A DNA stretch of 20,328 bases, from assembly GCA_002794465.1 (NCBI GenBank), contig MTSL01000166.1:1-20328 (forward strand). Reading direction: 5' to 3'. The notes beneath the pieces were generated by a model. It saw nothing but the letters and a program-made list of their open reading frames with translations, was not told the origin of the DNA and did no database searches. The position numbers and the translations under genes are program-made. Position 1 is the stretch's first letter. The number at the start of each line of letters is the position of its first letter. This DNA is from Paramicrosporidium saccamoebae KSL3. Taxonomy: Eukaryota; Fungi; Cryptomycota. Below, in pieces: positions 1-9,386 of the stretch.

Positions 1-96
1 AGTAGACAATGCGGACCACTACACAAATAAAATTTCCTTTAAAATAACTGGGTTAGTGCTGTTTAATTATCTCACAGGTGTGATCACGAATACCGG

Positions 97-285
97 CTAG
101 CCTCGGTCCATCAGATCTTGAATTCTCAAAAAACCTGCCCGCCACTCTTCCCAGACGACCGCATTGCCAGGTGCCATGGGAGCGCGCTGTGGTAGACTGA
201 TCAGCAGGTCACTTACCCAGGACGAAAAGTCAAAGCCCGCCAACCACAAGTTTTCACCTCTGATCTTTCTCTCTCTGTCCGCCAT
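97..285 (-). CDS. Tentative small spliced hypothetical protein (52 aa)
   Basis: ATG at 285. Candidate 30-nt intron at 187-216 (GTAAGT...GCTGAT...CAG) gives MADRERKIRGENLWLAGFDFSSW|RAPMAPGNAVVWEEWRAGFLRIQDLMDRG*. A second intron-like segment (48-93, GTATTC...CTAAC-CCAG) suggests a transcribed minus-strand gene, but the true reading frame is uncertain and no homology was recognised. Confidence 0.25.
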   Translation of the reverse strand: MADRERKIRGENLWLAGFDFSSWVSDLLISLPQRAPMAPGNAVVWEEWRAGFLRIQDLMDRG

Positions 286-345
286 CACACAACAGCAGAA
301 CCCAGCATAGAATAAAATCACTGTTAAACAGCATCCACGACCCAA

Positions 346-416
346 GTCATGCGGAAACCCATTTACTGCTAATCCTAGAATAGTATGGATACCCAACCAA
401 TCTGTCCTCTACGTCA
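346..416 (+). repeat. Dispersed intergenic repeat, copy 1 (module B plus internally deleted module C)
   Basis: 346-392 matches 2862-2908 at 40/47 nt, ungapped. It continues as CCAAC..AATC..CCTCTACGTCA, matching the end of module C in the other two copies. Confidence 0.8.
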
Positions 417-459
417 CGATAGTTAAACTGGTGCTGACTAATTGTCTTATTGTGAAAAA

Positions 460-473
460 GTCGCCATGGAAAC
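460..473. promoter_or_regulatory. Possible RFX X-box
   Basis: GTCGCCATGGAAAC fits the X-box consensus RTHNYYWTRRNRAC exactly and is intergenic. It is a single degenerate 14-mer, so it could be chance. Confidence 0.25.
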
Positions 474-627
474 GCTATTTATCAAACACGCTTAACGGGT
501 GGGTAGTGTCATTTATCAGTCCACGGATCGTACACCGGCTCGGAATATATTAAAGTACTTTCACAAGCTCTCTGCCTCGCAACTCTACAACTCAACACAA
601 TGGACTTTTACTTGTCACGATCCCCCA

Positions 628-2607
628 CTATTTGCGTTTATCCGCCACCCACTGTTTGAGATACTCATCCTCTCCCAATTCGGTTGGGATTATTCCGCAT
701 TTCTCAAACAACCAGTCCAAATTATCGTATTTTTCCACGCTGGAACTGTTTGCTATCAAATTGATAACATCTTTGGTACACACCAACGATGGATCGATTG
801 CGTCAATTGCCTTTAGAATTTCGAGTCTATTCCATTCTGCAGCTGTTTCTGCAATATCGGCGGTTACGGCAAGTCCTTGGTTGTGTAGCCACTGGAAAAC
901 TTTCAAGTGACCCGACCTGGCAGCCCTTGACATCATATGTGGGTCTACCTCAAGGGGACCACTTGTCTTGGATTTAATCCATTCAAAAGCTTTTAGGCAT
1001 GCCGCATCAGGTACATCCTCGCCGTACCGATAAAGGGCACTCAAACTGGGCAAGGCATCTTTGAAAAGATTTTTCAATATCCACTCCATATACGGTAGCT
1101 TGTTGTTCATGGCAGCGTAGAGGAAGCACCTTAATTTATCAATGGCATCAATAGCATCTTTGTGATTTTTAAAAATCCAGTTTAGGGCTCCAAGATGGCC
1201 CATCTTGCAAGCTTCTTCCACATAATGGGGCTCCGGAAAGATATCTTTTTCGTCGTAAATCCAACTGAGAATTGCATAGTTTCCATTTTTAGCTGCAATA
1301 TTTGCTACATCTTGCCATGGGAAATCAACTGAAGGGTCGGCAGATGCGGCCTTCAGGTTGCCCGTCTGACCCGATGCTGCCAGCAAATAAAGTGCTACAC
1401 TGGGTGACGAGGTGACGCTAACGTTTTCCAAAAGATACTTGGTCATTTTATCAGAGCGCAGGGTGTGGGAGTATCCTTCTACCACGATACTCCAATCAAT
1501 TTGATCCCCAAACATTTCGAATATTAACTTGACAGCCTCAAAGTGATTCGATTCGACAGCGGCACGCACTGACTCTTCCGACGGGATTTGCGCTTGTCCC
1601 CTCTCGTGCATCTGTTTCATGACATCAATACTGCCCTCTCTAATGGCTAAACGGAACAGCTCACTATAAATAAATTTCAAGTCGGGATTTTCCTGCAGCA
1701 TTTCATCCAACAGCGATGAGCAATCATTTATGGCGAGCCATCTCGCGCATCCGGCAGAAATCGTCAACTGACCGTTAATTGACTGCAGACAGAACTTTGG
1801 GATTTGATTATAGCCAATGCGGAAGAGATATTGAAGCATTTTGGCAGACTTGACTGCTCGAGGCGCAATGCGGCTGGTGTCGAGGTGCAAATCTTGAACA
1901 GTAGCAAAAATCTTATCAACGATGCTGCGGGGCATACGCTCTGTCACCAAATCTACCTCCAATGCAATCTCCCCAAGCATGCCTGGGCAATGATTCACGA
2001 TATTGATCGCGTCAAACATAATGACGTACTTGTACATCTCTTCCTTGGACAGCCTATCGAAAAACGACTCACGCTTAAACTTTTCAAAAAACTCGACATT
2101 GTCGGCCTTGAGGATCATTGGCCAGAATTTATCCCATGCAAATTCCTGCCGTTCCCATGCATTTTGGTCAAAGGCAGGAGTTCCATAAATCATGGCCCAG
2201 AACCAATGCTTCTGTTCCTCGTCCTTCCAAAGTGACTGGCGCACAATCTGGCGTAGAATTTCGTAGGAATTGCTGGCAAATGCTTGTTGCACTACGTCCT
2301 CAATATCTACGAGAGCGGGACAATTGGACATGAGGGCTGCTGCCTTGGAATAAGACCAATCTGCGAGTTCCGGTTTGCTTTCAATGAATTCAGCAAAATC
2401 CTCCAGGGCAAGCTCAAGTTCAGGGTAGTGCATGCGGCGACCCATCTCGACCAGCTCATTGTCCGGTATTCTTTCAAGGAAAGCACGGAAAGCAAAGTTG
2501 TCTTCGGGTGCCCTCGACTTGGCAGCGTCGACTTCTCGACTCAAATGTAGCAGGAGCAGAGTTGCTGCAGGCCAGAGTATGCGGCGTGCTAGACCAGAGA
2601 GTCTCAT
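628..2607 (-). CDS. Secreted protein with degenerate ankyrin-like repeats
   Basis: Long uninterrupted ORF (628..2694). The ATG at 2607 gives a signal-peptide-like N-terminus (MRLSGLARRILWPAATLLLLHLSREVDA). C-terminal ankyrin-type repeats include AAKNGNYAILSWI, ACKMGHLGALNWI, AAMNNKLPYMEWI, AARSGHLKVFQWL and AAEWNRLEILKAI. Confidence 0.8.
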   Translation of the reverse strand: MRLSGLARRILWPAATLLLLHLSREVDAAKSRAPEDNFAFRAFLERIPDNELVEMGRRMHYPELELALEDFAEFIESKPELADWSYSKAAALMSNCPALVDIEDVVQQAFASNSYEILRQIVRQSLWKDEEQKHWFWAMIYGTPAFDQNAWERQEFAWDKFWPMILKADNVEFFEKFKRESFFDRLSKEEMYKYVIMFDAINIVNHCPGMLGEIALEVDLVTERMPRSIVDKIFATVQDLHLDTSRIAPRAVKSAKMLQYLFRIGYNQIPKFCLQSINGQLTISAGCARWLAINDCSSLLDEMLQENPDLKFIYSELFRLAIREGSIDVMKQMHERGQAQIPSEESVRAAVESNHFEAVKLIFEMFGDQIDWSIVVEGYSHTLRSDKMTKYLLENVSVTSSPSVALYLLAASGQTGNLKAASADPSVDFPWQDVANIAAKNGNYAILSWIYDEKDIFPEPHYVEEACKMGHLGALNWIFKNHKDAIDAIDKLRCFLYAAMNNKLPYMEWILKNLFKDALPSLSALYRYGEDVPDAACLKAFEWIKSKTSGPLEVDPHMMSRAARSGHLKVFQWLHNQGLAVTADIAETAAEWNRLEILKAIDAIDPSLVCTKDVINLIANSSSVEKYDNLDWLFEKCGIIPTELGEDEYLKQWVADKRK

Positions 2608-2830
2608 CGTACAGCTGGGCCATCCCTTGTCGCCATTTATTGGTTGGGGGGTTAACCTGATTGGTGCTAGCAGCGAACCAGTCAGCATGGCCATCCGATC
2701 TCGTGGCCGATGATGACCCGTATTCCATCTGGATCACACACGCAGCACATCAAAGTAGTAATTTCTCAAGGGTCTGACACTCGATGGAGCAAAGACGCTA
2801 TTTGAAATCATTCTAGACGTTCTTGACTAT

Positions 2831-2990
2831 TGTCGCGTAGTGGGGATAAATAGTATGGACTGTCAGGCGGAAAGCCACCCACTGCTAGTCCTAGAATAGT
2901 ATAGATACACATCACATCTCACTGTCCTCAAATACCCAGCAACTAATCAACCCTCTACGTCAAATACCCAACTAATTAACCTCCTGCGCC
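2831..2990 (+). repeat. Dispersed intergenic repeat, copy 2 (composite: modules A, B, C and duplicated C')
   Basis: 2831-2859 matches the reverse complement of copy 3 at 27/29 nt. 2915-2937 (CATCTCACTGTCCTCAAATACCC) is the exact reverse complement of 11088-11110. 2862-2908 matches 346-392. CAAATACCC..AACTAAT is duplicated internally at 2929 and 2961. Confidence 0.85.
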
Positions 2991-3186
2991 ACATAGTAGC
3001 CCCAAAATAATAACAATACCACCATTCTACTTTATCGCACTACGAATGAGGCACCAGTTTGGAGAACGTAGACTCTGTCGGTTGATGCAAATCTTGCGTT
3101 TTTAAGCCAATCTATCGCTAACCCACTCTATCGCGGGCCTATCACGAGGCCACTCAATTAGCCTTACGATCATCACGGATATAGAC

Positions 3187-3797
3187 ATGGCTGCTTTGTG
3201 TGCCGAGATGGGTCTCGTCGATTTTTCATTGACCTTGCTACTCACGCCAATACTCTTTTCATTTGCGGTATTGAGACTAGTTACATGTCCGATTCCTGTT
3301 GCCCCAAACACCAGACCCTTTGTCAAGGGTAATCGGGGTCGACTGGTTCTCTTTGCAATCGACGAAACATCATTGCCGGCCGTAAGGTGGTCACTCTGCA
3401 ATCTACTATCTGAGAGCGATTACGTCCACATTCTGCACATTGTCGAAGCTGGCGATGAAACTAGCCAACCAGGCGATAAAGTTGTCAGATCACGCGGTGC
3501 GCTGCACCAAGTACAATGTGAGTTGATCAAGGGTCTGTTTGACTGTTGTGAAGAGTTTCGCAGAGGTGGAGTAAACTTTGATGGACAGGTCCGAAGCCGC
3601 AAAGCGAACGAGTCCACTGCGGATATGATTCTAACGAGTATTGCAGAGGTTGAGCCAGACATAGTCCTGCTAGGTTCCAGCCAACGACTGGGAGAGTAAT
3701 CCTTCTCATAACTGTTGCTAATAGTAGACAAGACATTGGAGCTGTCGCGACTGCCGTGGCGCTCAAGAGTCCTGTAACTGTTACTCTGGTAAAGTAA
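3187..3797 (+). CDS. Universal stress protein (USP) domain protein with N-terminal hydrophobic segment
   Basis: USP motifs RLVLFAIDETS, VHILHIV and PDIVLLGS are present. Removing a 29-nt intron (3696-3724, GTAATC...GCTAATAG) restores a typical USP C-terminus, DRQDIGAVATAVALKSPVTVTLVK*. The start may lie upstream (ATG 3046 via a possible 39-nt intron at 3068-3106). Confidence 0.8.
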
Positions 3798-3885
3798 GGT
3801 CCACTGGAAATAAATAGCCGTTTAATAATTAGTAGTGTTCCAGTGGCTTATGTGATGAATGGCAAAGAGTATGTACAGATGAGTA

Positions 3886-4947
3886 TTACTCATCAACGAG
3901 CCGCAAAATGTCTTCAGACAGATGCTGTTGACGCTGGAGATCGTCCATGAAAGCATCGTCTCCGTGCAGGCAGCTGGTCTGATCCCGAGACAAATGGCTT
4001 GATGGACGTAACTTTGAGTCAGACCAGGACTCTGAAAGGCCAAAGACTGGTGAAGTAGACAATTTCTCAAGACGAGACAGCAAGCGAGATTCGCGAGCAG
4101 GCGAGGCCGAAAACGGAATAGACTCTTTGCTCATGGACATTTCAAACCCCCTAAGAGTGCTGGCGGAATTAATTGGTATTGAAGACAGGCTCGTTGACGA
4201 TTTTACATCCGACAGACTTTCATTATGGATAAAGCAGCATCGCTTTCCATACGGACATGTTCCTCGTTCCCAATACGTCTTGCAAATCTCAGTTTTATAT
4301 CTAGGATGGCGGGGTGCGGGACGAAGCTCGTTGTGATGGTGTGCAAACTGACACTTTATCCCGTACTTGCAAGCACCCGTCTCTTCAAATGTGCGGCAAA
4401 TTTCAGTCTTGTACAGAACAACCCGCTTGTCGGCAAGACTCTTTGATGTTGGCTTGCCAACCCATCCCGGAAATCCCGGTGGATGGTCCGCATAGCAATC
4501 ATTCGTACAACCATTATCCACACATCCATGCACACATCCATGAACATCCACACTCCCGTTGCCATTTGCACAATCAGTTTGGATCCTGTCAAGGCAGCGC
4601 CTATTGGAAATGGCTACGGGAGCAGAGGGTGCAATGCCGTCAGAAATACTCAACTCCTTGGTTGTCGGTCTTGCCAATTCATCAACAGGGTCAAAGAGAA
4701 ACATCGATTTGTAAGTTGCCATGGACAGACTAGAAGTTTTTGCGGGAGGCTGCTCCAAGTCAAACTGGAGATCGTCCTTATAAGCAGCGGCTGGATCCAA
4801 TCGGCTCCAATTCATTGACACTTGATTGATCAGCGACCACACCGTCCGTCTTGTGAGTCATGTCCCCGCCACAAATAGCACATAAGGAGCCCGTTCGTGT
4901 GTACAATGTCATGTTTACCCTCTTTGGGCCATTCCATATCCATACAT
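3886..4947 (-). CDS. ZFP36: TIS11/ZFP36/Cth1-family tandem CCCH zinc-finger ARE-binding protein
   Basis: Two C-x8-C-x5-C-x3-H fingers, each with a YKTEIC lead-in ([25 protein letters not shown]; [26 protein letters not shown]). The probable first exon is 4947-4919, joined in frame by a 69-nt intron (4850-4918). Otherwise the start is ATG 4815. The symbol denotes the family, not a specific orthologue. Confidence 0.92.
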
Positions 4948-5034
4948 GTCGACTTCCTTTTTAGGCGAAGTAAAGCCAAAGCAGTCCAAGGTTTAGCTTC
5001 ATGAAGAATCCCGAGCTTGTCTGTCCGTGCAATT

Positions 5035-6051
5035 ATGAGCAGGCAGGAGATTGAAACTGGTCTTTTGGAGCTCTCCCAGCAAACAACCTTTTTGCAGGTC
5101 GCAAGAAGAGACCAAGGTGCCTTTTCTTACGACTTGCCAAGGTCTGAGGCTCCCGCTGAGCATGCTGAACCACAGTCATCGGCAATTACTAACGAGGCAT
5201 CAATTCTTCCAAGGAGCGGAGAGGAAGTCTTACCGTTCCGCGGACCAATTCATCCGCTCGTGGAAGCCTTACTGGCAAGACCTAGAATTCTGCCACCATA
5301 CGTTCAACAGTCAAGTCTCCCAATTGTAAAGGCGCCTCCCCACGAGCAAAGAGCTCCAAAGTGGATCGAAGCGGCAGAGCCCACTGAGGTGCCGACTACA
5401 GTCCCCAGAGGAGTGACTGCAACTACCCCGAGTCCCGTGGCGGCATCTGAAGGGCAACAGGTTCTGGAAACGCCGCCTGCACAATTTTTGGAGACACCCA
5501 AGATTCACGAGCCGCCACAAACTCATGTTCGGCCTCCGACCCTCTTCCGCTCAGTCCTATTCGTATACCCACCGACCATTGACACCGACACGGTCATTAA
5601 ATGCTACAGGCGAGCTGCCCAAACTGTGCTGCATCCCCAGGACAAGTTGACCATTCTTTGGGCGGCTGGCGAAGCGACAACCAGTTATTCACCCGAGGGC
5701 ATCGTCCCACAAACTCTTGAGGCGGCCTCAAAGAACCATCACGAGACATCCAGAGCTCCTGCGCCTCTCATCTTACAAGCCACAGAGACTGTTCGACAAC
5801 AATCGCCATTCATCCACAAGCTCATAACTGAAACTGACATTTCTAAAAAGGAATTCCGTGTCATGCTGCAGCCTCACGCCGGACTCTGCTGGACGCTGCA
5901 GCAAGAATTGCAACATTATGCCGATCAGCCTGCACCCTACGATCTCGTGATCATGCCATGTCTGCAACCAGACAAAGGATCTGATCCAGACCTCGAAAAA
6001 TTCCTGTTGGAGCACTCCCCAGTTCCTGTCGCCTTGGTGCGTTTCCCATAA
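5035..6051 (+). CDS. Hypothetical protein with Pro/Thr-rich N-terminus and divergent C-terminal USP-like domain
   Basis: The ORF track start at 5017 is TTG and the first ATG is at 5035. The C-terminal part has RSVLFVY, KLTILWA, YDLVIMP and ends FLLEHSPVPVALVR, resembling the USP C-terminal strand motif. Confidence 0.65.
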   Translation: MSRQEIETGLLELSQQTTFLQVARRDQGAFSYDLPRSEAPAEHAEPQSSAITNEASILPRSGEEVLPFRGPIHPLVEALLARPRILPPYVQQSSLPIVKAPPHEQRAPKWIEAAEPTEVPTTVPRGVTATTPSPVAASEGQQVLETPPAQFLETPKIHEPPQTHVRPPTLFRSVLFVYPPTIDTDTVIKCYRRAAQTVLHPQDKLTILWAAGEATTSYSPEGIVPQTLEAASKNHHETSRAPAPLILQATETVRQQSPFIHKLITETDISKKEFRVMLQPHAGLCWTLQQELQHYADQPAPYDLVIMPCLQPDKGSDPDLEKFLLEHSPVPVALVRFP

Positions 6052-6511
6052 GACGCAATATGACCAATGGATGTATGTCAATAAAGCTGCCGTAAATGAT
6101 AACCATCAGTGTGAGGTAGGGACTAGTTAGTCGACGTACCGGAACTACAGTGTGGGTTTTGTGGGATAAGATGGCGTGTGTAGGGTAAATTATGAGATAT
6201 AGTCCCCTGAACGCAAACATTTTCACCACGTGTCAATCAAGAGTACTAATCGGAAGTAGTTACTGTTTGTGGATGACACTACTTAAGCAGTGCCCTGGCC
6301 TAATAAAGAACCTTTATCTCACCTGTCCTCGTCGCTCCACACTGTTTAACAGCATTTTTATATCGAATGGCAAATCCATGGATATGGGTGAGGATAAATG
6401 TAGCTCCGTTCCTCCAATTGGTCATTTTTGCTAATTGGCCAGCCAATCATTCCGCTACTTTACACCATAATTGTCTGTTTGGTTTGATTCGCACGCCGAG
6501 AGTCTAAAGAA

Positions 6512-8092
6512 ATGTCATTTCCAATACATGGCATCCCCAAACACCTTTCTCTCATTATTTTCAGCTGTGCACTCACCCTGATCATCCTACTGAATATTCC
6601 CCAAACCAACCCTCAAATCAAGCCCCATGCCAGCCCTCGGAGCGAACCTGCAGTTGATCTCTCCAACCTTGCGGATGATGAAAGTGAAAACATTAAAATA
6701 GTCTATGATTCTGGAACCGAAAAAATCAAATCTCCTGGTGAATTGCAAGCTAGATCACGTCTAGCCCAAGCTCTGCCAAAGACTTTGCCGCCAGCCGCCG
6801 TGGTCCTTCCCGAATCACAAGCAAACGTGACCATGTATCGGCCATCGTACTTTCATCTCCCAGACTTGACAGTCAAAGAAGCCTATCGGGGACTCATTAA
6901 ACAGTATCTAGCTCCGTGGAAGGGACTCGAAGACAAGGCAATCCCAGCGGTCAAAGTCACTCAGCGCATGCTAGCCACGATGGAGTATGCATACAAAGGT
7001 GGTGGGTTTCGAGTGAGAATATGCAACAACAAAGTGTATTTCCGGAAACTTGTCCATTGGAAACAGACCTATCGGACGCAACGCATGCTATGGTATCTGC
7101 GTCTGTTGTATGAAATATTGAAAAAGGACAAGTTGCTTTCGGAGAAAACGATGCAGAAGGGACTCGATTTCGTCATATATGTCGGCGATGGGGCCAAAGT
7201 CGCCTCGGATACCTTTACCACCGAAGCCGGATTCCCGCTGTTCTCTCTTCGCACCAGCATGCTTCACATTGACATTCCAATTCCCGATCCCGTGCAACAC
7301 GGCTCCAACGGTCAATACAAATGGACCGAGGCCGGCAAAACTGTTCCATGGGAGAATCGGAAGCCGCAACTAATGTTCAGGGGCCGTGGGTCTTGTCTCA
7401 AAATGCAGGCGGATAATTGGCATTTTTGCAATCGTGTACGGCTTCAGCAGCTGTCCCGACAATTTCCAGACGACATTGACGCGGGTATCATTCAGTGGAA
7501 TCAGATTTACAAGGCAGGAAAAATGGTCATCCCCCCGGCATCGATCGAGGAAATTGAGCGTAGCACAGGACTAAAGACAGTGGAGCCTATGGACTTTGAC
7601 AATCAGTCACACTACAAATACATTATTGACGTGGACGGCGGACTGGGATCGTCGCGCAAGCCCGGAATCCTAAGTTCCGGCTCACTGCTATTCTCCTCCG
7701 AGTCGCCATGGTATACATATTATGAGCCCATGATGGAGCCATACAAGCACTACATTCCCGTGGATCGATGGCTCCGGAACTTGCCCGAGACGGTAAAATG
7801 GGCACAGGCCAACGACGAGCATGCCAAAACCATTATGGAGAATGGCCGCAAGTTTGAAGCAAAGTTCCTCACCGTCGCCTCCTCCAAACAATATATGGCA
7901 CTTCTTCTCGATGAATATGCCGGGTTGTTGGCCGAGGACGTGCCCGGAGACGCCAAAGTGGAAGTGGATTATTGTCTTAATATGGGAAACCAGGACATTG
8001 AGAATGGACCGATGGGTTGTTCGCAAGGATGGATCCTGTACAACGACCACGAAGTGCCCGATGAGATTACCTGTGATAGACGAGGCAGATGA
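6512..8092 (+). CDS. Glycosyltransferase family 90 (POGLUT/KDELC/CAP10-like), type II membrane protein
   Basis: N-terminal TM anchor and low-complexity stem, followed by GT90-type motifs: FRVRICNNKVY, LDFVIYVGD, PWENRKPQLMFRGR, YKYIIDVDG and LSSGSLLF..ESPWYTYYEPMMEPYKHYIPV. Confidence 0.88.
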   Translation: MSFPIHGIPKHLSLIIFSCALTLIILLNIPQTNPQIKPHASPRSEPAVDLSNLADDESENIKIVYDSGTEKIKSPGELQARSRLAQALPKTLPPAAVVLPESQANVTMYRPSYFHLPDLTVKEAYRGLIKQYLAPWKGLEDKAIPAVKVTQRMLATMEYAYKGGGFRVRICNNKVYFRKLVHWKQTYRTQRMLWYLRLLYEILKKDKLLSEKTMQKGLDFVIYVGDGAKVASDTFTTEAGFPLFSLRTSMLHIDIPIPDPVQHGSNGQYKWTEAGKTVPWENRKPQLMFRGRGSCLKMQADNWHFCNRVRLQQLSRQFPDDIDAGIIQWNQIYKAGKMVIPPASIEEIERSTGLKTVEPMDFDNQSHYKYIIDVDGGLGSSRKPGILSSGSLLFSSESPWYTYYEPMMEPYKHYIPVDRWLRNLPETVKWAQANDEHAKTIMENGRKFEAKFLTVASSKQYMALLLDEYAGLLAEDVPGDAKVEVDYCLNMGNQDIENGPMGCSQGWILYNDHEVPDEITCDRRGR

Positions 8093-8220
8093 ACCGTGTT
8101 TAACGAGACAGGTAAACCGTAACAGGCGTGTCGTTATCCATTCTTGATTCCTTGACCTGGCCATAAACTCTCCCACAGTTTACCCTCTAGCAACATGACA
8201 TTTCTCACGAAAAATCTTGT

Positions 8221-9250
8221 TTAATCAGAAATTACATGGAGAAGCAGGACAAACAGACTTGCAAAAAATATGAACCAAATAAATAGCTTCACCGACGTGG
8301 ATTGTCTACTCGCAGCTTGGTTTAGATGGGTATTTGCCTTTCTGACTGTATCGACTGTGGTGGCAGCATCGTCATAGAGACAGTCAATCTGGGCCGCTTG
8401 GTACACCAACTGCTCCTGCAGAGTGGACTGAAGCCGGGCAATATCATTTAAACTGGCCTGCGTGGTGGAGACTTGCTCCTGCATGTCCATGTATTCTCGT
8501 ACCAGTGCATCATTCTCCAGCTGGAGTGCCTGCATCTTCTCGGCCGGAATCCCATATCCCTCGACAAACTGATCCATCGAAACACTTGTTGGCTCCGTTT
8601 GTAATTCCATCGTGGCGGGTCTTGATGAAGCCAGTGCAGTCTTTCTCATTTGTCGGATGCGATAAACTTCCTTTTCCTTCTTCTCCAATTGGGATTGATA
8701 GGACTCAAAATCACGGGACAAATTTGATACGCGATGGTTCAGGAACCACACCAGTGCTTCTTCGTGCTGATCCAACTGCGAAGGTCCATCGGACCGAAGC
8801 GTGGCCAACCAACCTCTGCGACTTTGACGCTCTAAAAATTACCAACCGCTCGAGGATACCGCTTGCCAAATCCGCGGCAATTTTTTGCAGAGTGGAAATT
8901 CGCAGCAGACAGATATTAAATATTGGCTGAAATTCTGGTCCCACTGCACTCTTGGCTGCGGTAGCTGCCTTTAATAATCGCTCTGCCTGTGTTATCTCGC
9001 CCAGCTGTAAAGTAAAGTGAAACCATACTACACTTACAATATTAGTGGCTTCAGACATAAAGGTCGCCGGTGGAGTAGTTCGTTCCATATCCGAGTCGCT
9101 AAAAACCTCGGCCGTCGGACTCGGCGATTCTTGGTCTTCTACAGCAAAGCGTTCCTTCTTATGTCGGTTCCGAATTCCAGACACACTGGCATTGCTTGGC
9201 ACGGCGCTCTCAAAAAGGTCGAGCAGGTCTTGGGTCCGGTCAATCGCCAT
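8221..9250 (-). CDS. UFE1: ER Qa-SNARE syntaxin Ufe1/syntaxin-18
   Basis: Starts MAIDRTQDLLDLF at ATG 9250. Introns at 9005-9037 (33 nt, GTAAGT...TTACAG) and 8832-8859 (28 nt, GTATCC...TTTTAG) join the two track ORFs. SNARE helix LQLENDAL...IARLQSTLQEQLVYQAAQIDCLYDDAATTVDTVRKANTHLNQA, then a C-terminal TM. Confidence 0.85.
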
Positions 9251-9386
9251 GGCCAATGTAGGGGCCAATAATAAAACAGTAAAATTACTAACGGCACTTT
9301 GACATTATTAAATTCTCAACGAAAAGATTGACGCTCAAATTTACCTGCATGTTTTTGCATCTTACCCACTGCGAAATATTAATACT

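Noticed and set aside
97-396. 99-aa ORF as given in the track
   Set aside because: Its 5' part runs through dispersed repeat copy 1. Only the part from ATG 285 is tentatively kept.
4514-4552. Short ACACATCCATG repeat in the TIS11 gene
   Set aside because: It is a small slippage duplication in a low-complexity coding region with no apparent significance.
6052-6511. Short ORFs or an RNA gene in the 460-bp intergenic gap
   Set aside because: I found no recognisable domain, tRNA fold, snRNA motif or convincing splice structure.
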